Shown: one piece after another, positions 27,056 through 37,063 of the stretch
Layout: each line of letters opens with the position of its first letter
Position numbering within the stretch: position 1 is the stretch's first letter
Source: a virus
Taxonomy: Duplodnaviria > Caudoviricetes
Direction: 5' to 3' (one strand)
Virus record (IMG/VR): IMGVR_UViG_3300043395_000803
Coordinates: 1-63,789 of that record
Length of the DNA: 63,789 bases
Made by a program: the position numbers and the translations under genes
The notes under the pieces: generated by a model
Seen by the model: the letters and a program-made list of their open reading frames with translations, nothing else
What the model was told of the DNA's origin: nothing
Databases searched by the model: none

Positions 27056-27351
27056 TCCCGTACTCGGTGCATCTGCCCGAGGAGATATACAAGAAACTCA
27101 AAGCCGCAGCCGGAGAGCGCAAGGCATCAGCCCTGGTGCGAGATGCCATCACCCTCATCATCGAGGGCGACGACTCCTTCAACGGCGGCTACAACAAAGC
27201 CATTCGAGATGTGATTTCAACCGTCCACGACGACCCTTGGTGCAAGAGCGTTGGCATCTTAGGGAAGACGGTTGCAGAGCATATCGAAGCACTGGTTGAA
27301 CCAATGATCGTCCCTCAAAACACGAAAGGTAAACGCCGTGGAAAGGAATGA
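27040..27351 (+). CDS. Ribbon-helix-helix-like regulator
   Basis: YSVHLPEEIYKKLKAAAGERKASALVRDAI. Confidence 0.65.
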   Translation: MDKRLIPYSVHLPEEIYKKLKAAAGERKASALVRDAITLIIEGDDSFNGGYNKAIRDVISTVHDDPWCKSVGILGKTVAEHIEALVEPMIVPQNTKGKRRGKE

Positions 27352-27514
27352 ACTACACGACTGGTCTGCCTATCTACTGACGGTAGACCAACACCTCAGA
27401 CAACTCAACGACAAGTTGCTCCACAAGAACTACGATGTTCTTCCGCACATTGTTCAGATTAAAGAGGCGCTGGATAAGACTCTGGTCTGGGTCTCGGAAC
27501 AAAGTGAACAATAA
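27338..27514 (+). CDS. Small hypothetical protein (not in ORF track)
   Basis: GTG start with AAAGGT RBS; DWSAYLLTVDQHLRQLNDKLL. Confidence 0.5.
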   Translation: MERNELHDWSAYLLTVDQHLRQLNDKLLHKNYDVLPHIVQIKEALDKTLVWVSEQSEQ

Positions 27515-27767
27515 ACTGACCGCAGCCGAACGCCGCCACCTCGCCAGGGTAAAGGAACTACCCTGCGGGGTGTGCGGCGAGCCCGGCCCGAGCGACGCCC
27601 ATCACATAGAACAGCATCTCCAGTACCTGTGCATACCTCTATGCAAGGACTGCCACCAGGGGTCTTTGAACGGAATACACGGGCAAAGACGCATCTGGGC
27701 GGTCTACAAGAAGACCGAGGAGATTGTCCTCAATGACACGATCCGGCGACTTTTGGACGAAAACTAA
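27504..27767 (+). CDS. Ref/DUF968-like small HNH-type Zn nuclease
   Basis: VKELPCGVCG...AHH...IPLCKDCH. Confidence 0.75.
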   Translation: MNNKLTAAERRHLARVKELPCGVCGEPGPSDAHHIEQHLQYLCIPLCKDCHQGSLNGIHGQRRIWAVYKKTEEIVLNDTIRRLLDEN

Positions 27768-27787
27768 TGGAAATCTTCATTAGTTTG
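27761..27787. repeat. AT-rich palindromic site, copy 3, at a convergent gene junction
   Basis: AAACTAATGGAAATCTTCATTAGTTTG; each arm supplies AAC-TAA ending one of the two convergent genes. Confidence 0.85.
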
Positions 27788-30700
27788 CAGGTTTCTTAGG
27801 GGTTTCCTCTAACTTCTTGACCTGATCGTTCAGCCGTTTCATCTGGTTGGTGATCAGGTTTTCCTTGGCCTTCACCGCCTCGCGGGACGCCCCCTTCTCC
27901 ACCAATTCCTTGCGCTGTTTGCGAAGTTCGCGGATATTGCGCTCGGTCTCCCGGGCTGATTCAACCAGCCGCAACTTGGGGTTCTCCTTGACGAACTCGG
28001 TCACCGATTCCTTGCGGGACTGACGACCTTTGAGTTGGTTGTCAAGGATGTTTAGTTCCTCAAGGTTTTTGTAGAACCGAGCCGATTCTGCGTAGCCTGC
28101 CTTGGTGTCGCCATAGAACCGACCTGCCAACGGGATGTTGTACGGCGCAAGTTCTTCGCCCGTGATCATTGCTTCCGTAGTCTTGGTGGCCTTGAGAATT
28201 TCTCGGCCAAGACCGCCGGTCACTTGACCAGCCAAGTAATCAATTTGATCCGGCGTCGGACTGAACACCCCAGGCTTGTCTTTGTCACCACCAGAAGCAA
28301 GGTTCAAATAGTACGAAATCTGACGGCTAATCCAAGACGCATTCTCTCTGGCGCGCGTGTAGCCTGGGGTCGGGTCCAGTTTGCTGACATCTTCACGGGC
28401 GATCTTCTTGCCCGTCCAATCGCGGTTTTCTGTCAGAGCCACGATGGGGTCAGCGATAGTCGGCGCAATCGTCTGAGCAGATAGACCAGCATTGCCAATT
28501 GGGTTGAAAGCATCAAGGATCACATCAGCAAGATGCACAATCCGCTTGGCCGGGTCTTTACCGCCAGCAATCATCCACTCGGTCAGGATGCGACCAATCG
28601 CAGGGATGACGTGGTAGCCCAGCGGCAGGGGCCAAGCCAGATACTTGCCATCCCCAATCGGAATGATGAGGTTCCGATCCTTCACAAAGTCAGGCGGCTC
28701 GTTCTCGTCATACCCCATCGCAGCCAATGCGATGGCCTGGGCCGTGCCGATCAGCAAGCCACCATAAATCACTGCTTTACCGGCCTTGGTCAGACGCAGG
28801 CTCGTGATATCCCCAGGCCGTTCCATCTTGGCGACGGTCTGAAGCAGACGTGTCGTGCCCTGAACAGCAGAGTTGAAGAAGGCATACAGGGCACCAACCT
28901 GCACCGCGACTTGACCTTTGCGGTTGAAGTTAACCGTCAGGTTCTTGGCAAGACTGGCCGCGCGCTCTTTGCTCATGCCCGCATCAAGACCGGCCTTGTA
29001 TGCGCTCAAGCGAACAGCGTTCTCAAGAGTCTCGTTGTAGTCAGCAAGCCACCCAAAGATTGCGTTGCCCCCACGACGAACGACGCCCTGGTTCATCCGG
29101 TCGATCTCACGTTGCAATGCTTCAGCCCGCTCTTGCGAACGGCTGAACATGTCGCGGTATCCCGTCTGTCCACCCTGAGCCTGAAAGTCCCGCCACAGAT
29201 CGGCCCACTGCTTAGTGGCGGGCTGCGCCCCAGCGCGCTCTCTGCGAAGCGTGGAGTAGATGCCGGACATGGCACCAGCGATGTTGACCGGAGACAAAAC
29301 CTTAGCCCTAGAGTCCGCCAACTCAGTCCCAGACAACTGGATCGCAGCGCCTTGGAAGTCACGCAAGAAGTTGTAGGGACCGAAGATAGGGTTGTACTGC
29401 GTGTTGATGCTTGCGAACCACCGGGTCAGCGAAGCCACAAGTGACATGGCAGTGCCCAGTTGATCGGCGTCCATGTTCTTCAGTGACGATACCATCCGCG
29501 CAGCGCGGGGGTTCTGGGTGTTAAAGAACACATACCGATCCTGCCCGTTGACCCGAGCAGCAAGCACGTTGCCTGCGCCACGCAGCACAGGGTTCACTCG
29601 CTTGGTAACCAAGCCGGTCTGAGGATCGACAACAGTAGCAGCAGGCTCTTCCATCAAGCCTTCCGCATCCTGTTGCGTCAGGCCCATGTTGATCAGTTCA
29701 TCAACCGCTTTCTTCTTGGAAGTCTTGGCTTGCGGGTTGACGGCCAGCCACACTTCCGAGTTCGGGTTTTGCACGGCCAAGCCATACACTGCCACAGCAA
29801 CGCGGTTCTTCTCGCCACGCACGATGGCGCGCTCACGCTGCATGATGATGTTGGGCAGGATGTCCACAACAGTGCGGCGAGAACCCGTTGCACGGCGAGA
29901 GGACGGGCCGCGAACGCTGTAGCCCAAGCCCGTGCCAGTTCCGACCGTGGTGCTGTACTCCACATCGCCACGGTTCAACGGCACATAGTTGGGGGCTGCG
30001 CTTTCCCAAGAGTCAATCGTTGACCGCTCTTCAAGCCCGCTGTCCACCAGATACTCGCGGGTGCCCTTGGTGATGCCATCCACCATCTTGGCAAGCCGCT
30101 CATACTTCCTGCGCTGCTCGGGCGTCAGGTTATTTAGGTAAGCCTGGGCATCAGCCGTGTCGATACCAGAGCCACCGGAGAAAGGCGTTCCATCGTCAGG
30201 ATAGGCAGGGTTGACCTTGGCAATCTGGATATTGCGCTCTTCAGCAAACCGGTTGTGCAGGTACTCCTCAAGGTCGGCAATTGAAACGTCTTCCTCGTTC
30301 ATTGCCTCCAGCAGAGGACGAACCTCTTCACGCAGGAAGTTTGCAGTCTCCCTGGCCGTGCGACCGTGATACAACTCTTCTTGCAGGTAGGCGTCCCACC
30401 GATCCTCGATGCCACCAGCCGCTTCCTCAATCGCATCAACAGCGCGCTTGAGATCAATCTGCTTGTTCTGCAACCGATAGATCAGGTCGGCATCCAACTT
30501 GGTTTCATCGGGCATCGTCCAGGCCGCAAGGGGTTTGCGCCCGTAGATGTTTTTCCCAATCTGCAAGTAGTCTTCCTGCGAAGACAGCATGTCCCTGCTG
30601 ACAAACTTACCGTCGGCTTTGCTCAGACTATCAAGCGCCTTGATCAACGGCGCATCAGAACGCATGCCGAACATGCCCTTGATGCGCTCACCCAGTTCCT

Positions 30701-33700
30701 TGAGCCAGTTCTTCAGCCGGGCAAGCACTCCACCTTGGACTGCCTCATACCGACCGCGCACGATCTCAGAACCGTTGACGGCCCAGAACTCGGACGGGTT
30801 GACGAACTGATAGTTATCCATCTTGACCAGCCCAAGCCGCAACATCTCGATGGCGACGCGGTAACTGCGGTCATACAGGTTGGTGTCTACACCCATCCCT
30901 GACAGCATCAGGATGAACTTCGGGGCGTCCTTTAGGTATCTGACGGAGCCAGTGCCGAGGTGGTGGTTCATCAGCGCCTCGAAGAAGAACTTCTCCTCCG
31001 GGGTCTTGGCCTTCTTCTGAGCCGCCACCAAAGAGCGCAACCATGCTTTGCGGATGGCTTGCTGTACTTCAGCAGGCATCATGCGCTCAAGGTGGTGCAG
31101 GATTTCGTGGACGATGGTGCTGTCATTAGCAGCGCCCTTCATCAGCACCATGATGCGCTGCAGCGTGGCGTACATCCCAGCAGTGCCACCCTTCTTTGGA
31201 GTTTTGATGGCAATACCCAGGTCGCCCACCAGATTCTCGTTCTGAAGGATGAACCACTCTGCTAGGTTGACACTCTCTTCAGAGAGTTCGCCACGACGCT
31301 TGGCCTCAAGCAAACGCTGACGGATGTAGTCTGCGCCACGCACTCGTGCGGCAGCAGCCTTGTCGTATTTGCTTTCCTCATCAGCCTTGACAGCGGCATC
31401 AACCTCTTCAACAAACTTCTCGGGCGTGATCTTGCCGTCTTCGCGCTGGCGGTTCAGCGTCTTGACCTTGCGCTTGAGCGACGGAGAACGGTTGGACTGC
31501 TCCCCGGCAATCGGCTCTTGGGAGGAGAAGTCATAGCCCTTCGGCTGATCGGTGTCGATACTGTAGAGGAACTGCTCACGCTCACCGTACACCGGGTTCT
31601 TGACCAGCACAAACCGACCAACTTGCAACGCCTCATCGGCGGACAACACGGGCCGCTTGCTGTCGCGGGCATAGAAGTATGAATGGCGCAGCGGATCAAG
31701 GCTGACCTGCACCCAATCCGGGTTGTCGAGGTTCTGCTGAATGAGCCGGAAGGTTTCTTCCGGCGACATGTTGACCCATTCGCCCTCCATTGTTTGCTGG
31801 GGCTTCTTCTCGTCAACCGACTTCAAATACTCTTCGCCGGTCTTTTTGCGACGGAGTTCGGGTTCTGCCTGCTGGGCAATAAGAAACGCCTCATCCTCGC
31901 GGCGGATAGCCATCTTCACATTCTTGATGGCCCCAGTTGAGCGGTAACTAAGGTTGTCACCAGCCGTAGCATTCTCAAGGGGAGCACCCTTGTGAATGGA
32001 AACAACACTTCCGTTGACGCCGTTTGCCTTACCCCACTCAAGGGCCGGGATGTCCATGCGAAGACCAACGCGAGTGCCATCAGCGATGGGAGCATTGACC
32101 TTATCCGGGTCTTTCTTCTGCTTGATCTTCTTGGTAAGGATTTCGGTCATCATGCCGTCTTCAACCGGCGGCTCCATGACTCCACCAAGAACAGTCGTGA
32201 TCGGCAGGTATGCCTCTACATATTCGTCGTACTCAGCCTTAGTAATGCGCCCTGCTGCCAACTCGCGCGCGGCCATAACCAACTGAGTCTTGCGTCCTTT
32301 CTTCGGTTCAAACCCTTCGGGCACAGGCAATAGAGGGGGTTGCTTCTTTTCAGCAACTTCTGGGCTTGCACCTTTGGCCGCAGCACGAAGGTCCGCTTCG
32401 GCCTGCTTGTAATCCCGGCTGAAGTAGTACGGCTCATCAACAACGCTTGAGATTTCCTCGTAGGTCATGCCCGCATTCACCGCCTCCTCGAAGACGGCAC
32501 GGTCCATCAAGTCATACTTGTTGGAGATCGCAAGCACTGGGTTGTCCACAGCGTTGTTCGCCATGAAGAAGGCGTAGGCAAATCCTTCCGGCGTTACGCT
32601 GCGGGCATTCTTTGTAGCCTGGGACTTGCCGCCATACATGCGGTGCATCTTCGATCCCTCTGTCGCTTCGACAGGGGCAATCGGCATATCGGCATTGAAC
32701 CGACCCCACAGCAGAGTCTTCTTGGTGTACGGATCACCGAAGTGATTTGGGTTCCATGAAGACCTCCAGGGCGGCAGGCCGGTCAGTTTCTCAATCCGTC
32801 CGACAGGGTTCTCAATCGCCCAGACGGAAGGCTTGAAGTATTCGATTGTCGCCAAAGTTTGACGGACCAACTCGACCGACTCCAGTGTGCGGCCATCCTC
32901 ATCCTTCGCAGCAAAGTGACGGGCACCACTGGAAGCAAAGTCAGTGCAAGGGCAAGCAGCCAAGATTGCGTAAATGTCCTGGCCCTCAAACGCACCAAAG
33001 ATGTCGTTGAAGAAGTCAGCGGAAAACTTATTGACATCCCCGAATTCAGGATCAGTCTGAATATCAAAACGGTAGACCTGATACCCAGCCGCATCCCAAG
33101 GCATGCTCCATTCGCCCGTCAGGTCAAACAGAGACAAAACAATTTTGTTGGCATTGACGCCGGTATCGCCTTGCTCAAAGGCATGCTGCTTCCACTTGGC
33201 GATTTCCTGCTTGGCTTCAGCCAAGGTCATGTAGCCACGATCCTTGGTGTAGACGCGGACCTTATCCTCAATCCGCACAACTTCGTTCTTGGTGGGCGGA
33301 TCAAAGACTCGGGTTTCCCGCTCATCTTCCTGGCTTTGCTCGGCATCCTTGAAGGCACCAGCAACTTCTTTCACCTCTTCATCAGAGGCTCCACGGAATC
33401 CGGTGTCGTTCTCGTCCACCGCCTCACCGGGCTTTGCTTCAGCCTTCTTTTCTGCCTTCTCTTCGACAGGAGCCAACTCCATCTGCCCACGGGCCGCAGC
33501 CTCATCAGCAGCGCGCTCACTGCCGGTCAGCACAAACTCTTCAGCGGGCGGAACCTCGGCAGGCTTGGCTTGCTCTTCCTTGCGGGCGCGCTCTTCACGC
33601 TCGGCCTTGGCGCGCAACTCTTCGGGCGTCTGCGTGGTCAGCACCGGGGGCGCAGCGCCGCGCTCGGCACGAATCTCGGCGATCAGTTCAGGATTGACAG

Positions 33701-36700
33701 ACCAGTTATCCCACGCTGCCTTCATCTGCCGCAGTTCGTTGATGCGGTTGTTGACAGCCTGGGGATCGCGGATGTCGATGCCTTCGGAAGCAGCCAACTG
33801 AGGATTGCGGGCAGCACCAGAGATGGCGGACAGACGGGTCTGGATTTCCTTCTGCTTGCGACCGGCGATCTTTGCCATCTCCTCTGCCTCTTTCATGGCA
33901 GAGTCGTCAAAGCCAAACATGTCGGTCGTGGTGTCCGCTTCCCCAGCCAGGGCGCGGACAGCCTGCATCATGTTGACGGCAGTCGCAGCAGACTTGCCAT
34001 CAGCAACAGCCTTGATGCCTACGCTTTGGAGCCGGGCATCGCCGGGCGCGTTGATTGCGATGAGGTACGCAGCCTCATCAGGGATTTGGTCGGCACGGAC
34101 ACCGGCAATGAGTTCATCACTTCCGTCATTTGCGATTGAGAAAGCCCGCTTGCCCGGCGCTCTTGCCAGTAATCCTCGTGCGTTTGCCGTTTCCCGGTCG
34201 AGCCCTGTGCCTTTGAAGTAGTTGACATAGTCCTTTACCTTTCCTTGACCGTCACGAATGTTGAGTTCTGCATCCAATACAGCAGCCATGTCACGGGTGA
34301 ATCCCTTGGACTCATCGTGAATCTGCGCCGGGATGGTCTTCTCACCACTGCGCTTTGCAAGATCAAAGCGATGCCGACCGGAGATGATCTCCATCCGGCC
34401 ATCAGTCCTGCGCCAAACCTGAATAGGCGCAACACCCGTGCGCTCGAACTTACCGCCCAGCGCCTCAACGATGCCTTCCTTGTCTGCGCCCGTCTTGAAC
34501 TGCGGCACATCTTCTGACAGGGTCAGTTGATTGACCGGAACTTCAACAACCGCCTGACGAGGAATTTCTGTCTGAGGCGGCAGCGGTTCAACCTGAAGCG
34601 CATCTTTAGCCGCTTCTTGTACTGGCTCGCTGGGCTCCAGTTCTTTCTTTGGAATAACAATGTACTCGCGTCCGTTGGTGGTGACAAAACTCACCCCATC
34701 GTAGCCTTGATCTCGCGCGGCATTGACAATGTCAGCCATGCCTTGATCTTGGCGAAGGCCCAAAGCAGTTTTTGCGTCTGTCCAACGAGGCACGTCCAAC
34801 AGTTTGTTAAACGTGACCTCCGTTTCTTGAATGTTGCCTTCGGCACCGGCATACATCTCCGCAATCTTCCGGTCGGGAGACATGAACCGTGCGTCGCCAA
34901 CAGTTGGCTGACCTTCCTTGCCTTTCTGAATTCCACGGAACAGTTTGACTCTTTCCGTTTGAGCAGGCGGAACCTCGGCAGGCTTGGCTTCCTTAGCAGA
35001 AGGCGCAGTGCCCTTTTCTATTACGCCGCCAGTGTTCGTGACACGATTGCCATCGGCATCGGTATAAAACTGAGGGGCCAAACGAACCCAGATTTGATCT
35101 AGGCCCATTGCTTTACCAGACTCAGGCTCTCCTTGGATTGGCTCAGGAAGAATTGCGGTTACGTTTCCACTCTTATCACGAATGACTCGAACAACCTTTA
35201 CCCGGTCGCCGGTCTTACTACCATCATCTGTAATAATAGTGTCGCCTTCTTCGATAGAGTTGGCGAGTTCTTGAGCCTGCTGTTGACGGCCTTGCGGAGT
35301 ATCAGCAACCTGTATAGGGTTAGGATTCTTCCAAACCACAGGCCCCTCTGCTGCACGCTCAAGTTCCTCAATTGCAGACTGTTGCTCACGCATAGTCGCA
35401 GGAGCGGCAGGTGAAGGGGCGGGAGCGCCCTCAAGCGCAGGTTCAACGCGCTCGCCAGGAACTGGGGGCACAGGACGTTCCTCAAACCTCGGCTCAATCC
35501 GTTCGGCAGGGGCCGGAGTAACTGGAGGAGCGGGGGGCGCGGCAGGAGGGGAAACCTCGGGAGCCTTCCTCGATTCTTGGATGGTGCTAAGTGCGGTAGT
35601 GCCAACGGCTTGAGGCCCAGCGCCCAGGGCTTCGGCAACGATGTCGCCCAGTTTAAATTCACCGGTTGCTTGTTGAGCAGCCGCCTCACCTGCGGCTTCC
35701 AACCCGACTTCACCCGCAACGTTTACCGCACCACGGCCAATGTTTCGCGCAAGTTGCCCAGGCCGCAAAGGACGGGCAACCAAACCGCTAAGAGCATCAG
35801 CGGCTGCGATCACCGTGCCACGGGTAACCGCTTTTTTCCCTGCTTGCTTCAGGAACTCTGGGTCACGCAACTTGGCGTCAATCGCCCTCTCATCCTTCAT
35901 GTTGACGTTTGCATCTCGCAACGAATCAACCAAGGACGAGAAGTATTCGACCGGGAAACTGCCGGTTGCAAGGCCGGTCATCATGCCTGCAAGACCGCCG
36001 CGCAGCAGAACGCCAGCAGCACCGCCGATCAACGACGGGAGGACGTTGGGCGCAGACTCAACAGACAGTTGCTGGGCAATACCCAACGGGTCTTTGAGGA
36101 ACGCCTCCTTCGCAGCCTGATAGTCGCCCTTATTGAGCGACTGGATCATCTGATCGGCCAAAGGATTCCGGGCGTACTGCTGCTGCTCCGCGCCATAGGA
36201 AACTACCTTGGCTATGTTGGACGGCAACACCCTCTCAAACTGAGCGCGGACTTTTGCCCTCTGCTCAGGCGACATGTCTTGATAGCCAACCGGGTCTTCG
36301 GATGCGGGGACAGTCTCACCCCGATCAATCCTGTCAAACACAGCCAAGTTCTCAGCAGTGCCCTTTGCCGTACCTGCAAAGTAACTTTGCTGAAGCCCTG
36401 CAAGGCCAGACTTAAACTGCTCTGGGACAAGCCCAAGGTTAAGCCCGGTGGTTCGATTGCGGTCAGCAATAGCCTCAATGCTCGACTCTGCCGCTTCCAA
36501 AGTGCGGGCGGCTTCATCCTGGGCAAGACGGCGCTTGATACGTTCCTGCTCAGGAACCATGTCCATGATGTCCCCAATCGTGGGAGAGACATCAGGGAAC
36601 TGCACACGGGGAGCCGGACCTGCCGCTGGTGCAGCAGGCTGACGAGGTGCAGGTTGTTGCTGCGCGGCGGCTAGGATGCCCATCAGACCCTCACGGCCTT

Positions 36701-37055
36701 GGGTTATCTCACGGCGGCGCTGATCCTCAACGGATAGGTCGGCAAGGATTCTCTTGGCCGCATCAGCACGGATGCCTCTGCCCATAGAGGCTTCTTGCAA
36801 AGCGGCACGGCGCTGCTCAGGAGGTAGGTTGCCGTACTCCGAGCGAACTTGCTCCACGAACTCCGGGCGGAGCATGAAGCCCGCAGGCATGGACGGGCGC
36901 TGATCCAGCCCAGCCTGTACGGCAAGAGTTTGAGGAGGACTAACTGGCGCTGCCGGTGCTTGCTCACCAAGGTGAGACAGAATTTTCGCCTTGGCCGCTG
37001 CCGGGTCAGTTTCAACAAGTTCGTAAAACTGACCTTTGTATTCGTAGACCGGCAT
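27780..37055 (-). CDS. Giant polyvalent (DarB-like) internal virion protein: ART-like, ParB-like, C5-MTase-like, zincin and LPD38-like regions
   Basis: 3091 aa; LFRG...FMSP...AEMYA...QGYDGV (~34650-34955); PIQVW...IISGRHR (~34250-34550); LSLFD...AACPCTDF...IENP...YTKKT...RS.TP (~32555-33150); HEILHH plus SEFWA (~30780-31110). Confidence 0.8.
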   Translation of the reverse strand: MPVYEYKGQFYELVETDPAAAKAKILSHLGEQAPAAPVSPPQTLAVQAGLDQRPSMPAGFMLRPEFVEQVRSEYGNLPPEQRRAALQEASMGRGIRADAAKRILADLSVEDQRRREITQGREGLMGILAAAQQQPAPRQPAAPAAGPAPRVQFPDVSPTIGDIMDMVPEQERIKRRLAQDEAARTLEAAESSIEAIADRNRTTGLNLGLVPEQFKSGLAGLQQSYFAGTAKGTAENLAVFDRIDRGETVPASEDPVGYQDMSPEQRAKVRAQFERVLPSNIAKVVSYGAEQQQYARNPLADQMIQSLNKGDYQAAKEAFLKDPLGIAQQLSVESAPNVLPSLIGGAAGVLLRGGLAGMMTGLATGSFPVEYFSSLVDSLRDANVNMKDERAIDAKLRDPEFLKQAGKKAVTRGTVIAAADALSGLVARPLRPGQLARNIGRGAVNVAGEVGLEAAGEAAAQQATGEFKLGDIVAEALGAGPQAVGTTALSTIQESRKAPEVSPPAAPPAPPVTPAPAERIEPRFEERPVPPVPGERVEPALEGAPAPSPAAPATMREQQSAIEELERAAEGPVVWKNPNPIQVADTPQGRQQQAQELANSIEEGDTIITDDGSKTGDRVKVVRVIRDKSGNVTAILPEPIQGEPESGKAMGLDQIWVRLAPQFYTDADGNRVTNTGGVIEKGTAPSAKEAKPAEVPPAQTERVKLFRGIQKGKEGQPTVGDARFMSPDRKIAEMYAGAEGNIQETEVTFNKLLDVPRWTDAKTALGLRQDQGMADIVNAARDQGYDGVSFVTTNGREYIVIPKKELEPSEPVQEAAKDALQVEPLPPQTEIPRQAVVEVPVNQLTLSEDVPQFKTGADKEGIVEALGGKFERTGVAPIQVWRRTDGRMEIISGRHRFDLAKRSGEKTIPAQIHDESKGFTRDMAAVLDAELNIRDGQGKVKDYVNYFKGTGLDRETANARGLLARAPGKRAFSIANDGSDELIAGVRADQIPDEAAYLIAINAPGDARLQSVGIKAVADGKSAATAVNMMQAVRALAGEADTTTDMFGFDDSAMKEAEEMAKIAGRKQKEIQTRLSAISGAARNPQLAASEGIDIRDPQAVNNRINELRQMKAAWDNWSVNPELIAEIRAERGAAPPVLTTQTPEELRAKAEREERARKEEQAKPAEVPPAEEFVLTGSERAADEAAARGQMELAPVEEKAEKKAEAKPGEAVDENDTGFRGASDEEVKEVAGAFKDAEQSQEDERETRVFDPPTKNEVVRIEDKVRVYTKDRGYMTLAEAKQEIAKWKQHAFEQGDTGVNANKIVLSLFDLTGEWSMPWDAAGYQVYRFDIQTDPEFGDVNKFSADFFNDIFGAFEGQDIYAILAACPCTDFASSGARHFAAKDEDGRTLESVELVRQTLATIEYFKPSVWAIENPVGRIEKLTGLPPWRSSWNPNHFGDPYTKKTLLWGRFNADMPIAPVEATEGSKMHRMYGGKSQATKNARSVTPEGFAYAFFMANNAVDNPVLAISNKYDLMDRAVFEEAVNAGMTYEEISSVVDEPYYFSRDYKQAEADLRAAAKGASPEVAEKKQPPLLPVPEGFEPKKGRKTQLVMAARELAAGRITKAEYDEYVEAYLPITTVLGGVMEPPVEDGMMTEILTKKIKQKKDPDKVNAPIADGTRVGLRMDIPALEWGKANGVNGSVVSIHKGAPLENATAGDNLSYRSTGAIKNVKMAIRREDEAFLIAQQAEPELRRKKTGEEYLKSVDEKKPQQTMEGEWVNMSPEETFRLIQQNLDNPDWVQVSLDPLRHSYFYARDSKRPVLSADEALQVGRFVLVKNPVYGEREQFLYSIDTDQPKGYDFSSQEPIAGEQSNRSPSLKRKVKTLNRQREDGKITPEKFVEEVDAAVKADEESKYDKAAAARVRGADYIRQRLLEAKRRGELSEESVNLAEWFILQNENLVGDLGIAIKTPKKGGTAGMYATLQRIMVLMKGAANDSTIVHEILHHLERMMPAEVQQAIRKAWLRSLVAAQKKAKTPEEKFFFEALMNHHLGTGSVRYLKDAPKFILMLSGMGVDTNLYDRSYRVAIEMLRLGLVKMDNYQFVNPSEFWAVNGSEIVRGRYEAVQGGVLARLKNWLKELGERIKGMFGMRSDAPLIKALDSLSKADGKFVSRDMLSSQEDYLQIGKNIYGRKPLAAWTMPDETKLDADLIYRLQNKQIDLKRAVDAIEEAAGGIEDRWDAYLQEELYHGRTARETANFLREEVRPLLEAMNEEDVSIADLEEYLHNRFAEERNIQIAKVNPAYPDDGTPFSGGSGIDTADAQAYLNNLTPEQRRKYERLAKMVDGITKGTREYLVDSGLEERSTIDSWESAAPNYVPLNRGDVEYSTTVGTGTGLGYSVRGPSSRRATGSRRTVVDILPNIIMQRERAIVRGEKNRVAVAVYGLAVQNPNSEVWLAVNPQAKTSKKKAVDELINMGLTQQDAEGLMEEPAATVVDPQTGLVTKRVNPVLRGAGNVLAARVNGQDRYVFFNTQNPRAARMVSSLKNMDADQLGTAMSLVASLTRWFASINTQYNPIFGPYNFLRDFQGAAIQLSGTELADSRAKVLSPVNIAGAMSGIYSTLRRERAGAQPATKQWADLWRDFQAQGGQTGYRDMFSRSQERAEALQREIDRMNQGVVRRGGNAIFGWLADYNETLENAVRLSAYKAGLDAGMSKERAASLAKNLTVNFNRKGQVAVQVGALYAFFNSAVQGTTRLLQTVAKMERPGDITSLRLTKAGKAVIYGGLLIGTAQAIALAAMGYDENEPPDFVKDRNLIIPIGDGKYLAWPLPLGYHVIPAIGRILTEWMIAGGKDPAKRIVHLADVILDAFNPIGNAGLSAQTIAPTIADPIVALTENRDWTGKKIAREDVSKLDPTPGYTRARENASWISRQISYYLNLASGGDKDKPGVFSPTPDQIDYLAGQVTGGLGREILKATKTTEAMITGEELAPYNIPLAGRFYGDTKAGYAESARFYKNLEELNILDNQLKGRQSRKESVTEFVKENPKLRLVESARETERNIRELRKQRKELVEKGASREAVKAKENLITNQMKRLNDQVKKLEETPKKPAN

Positions 37056-37063
37056 GATTTAAC

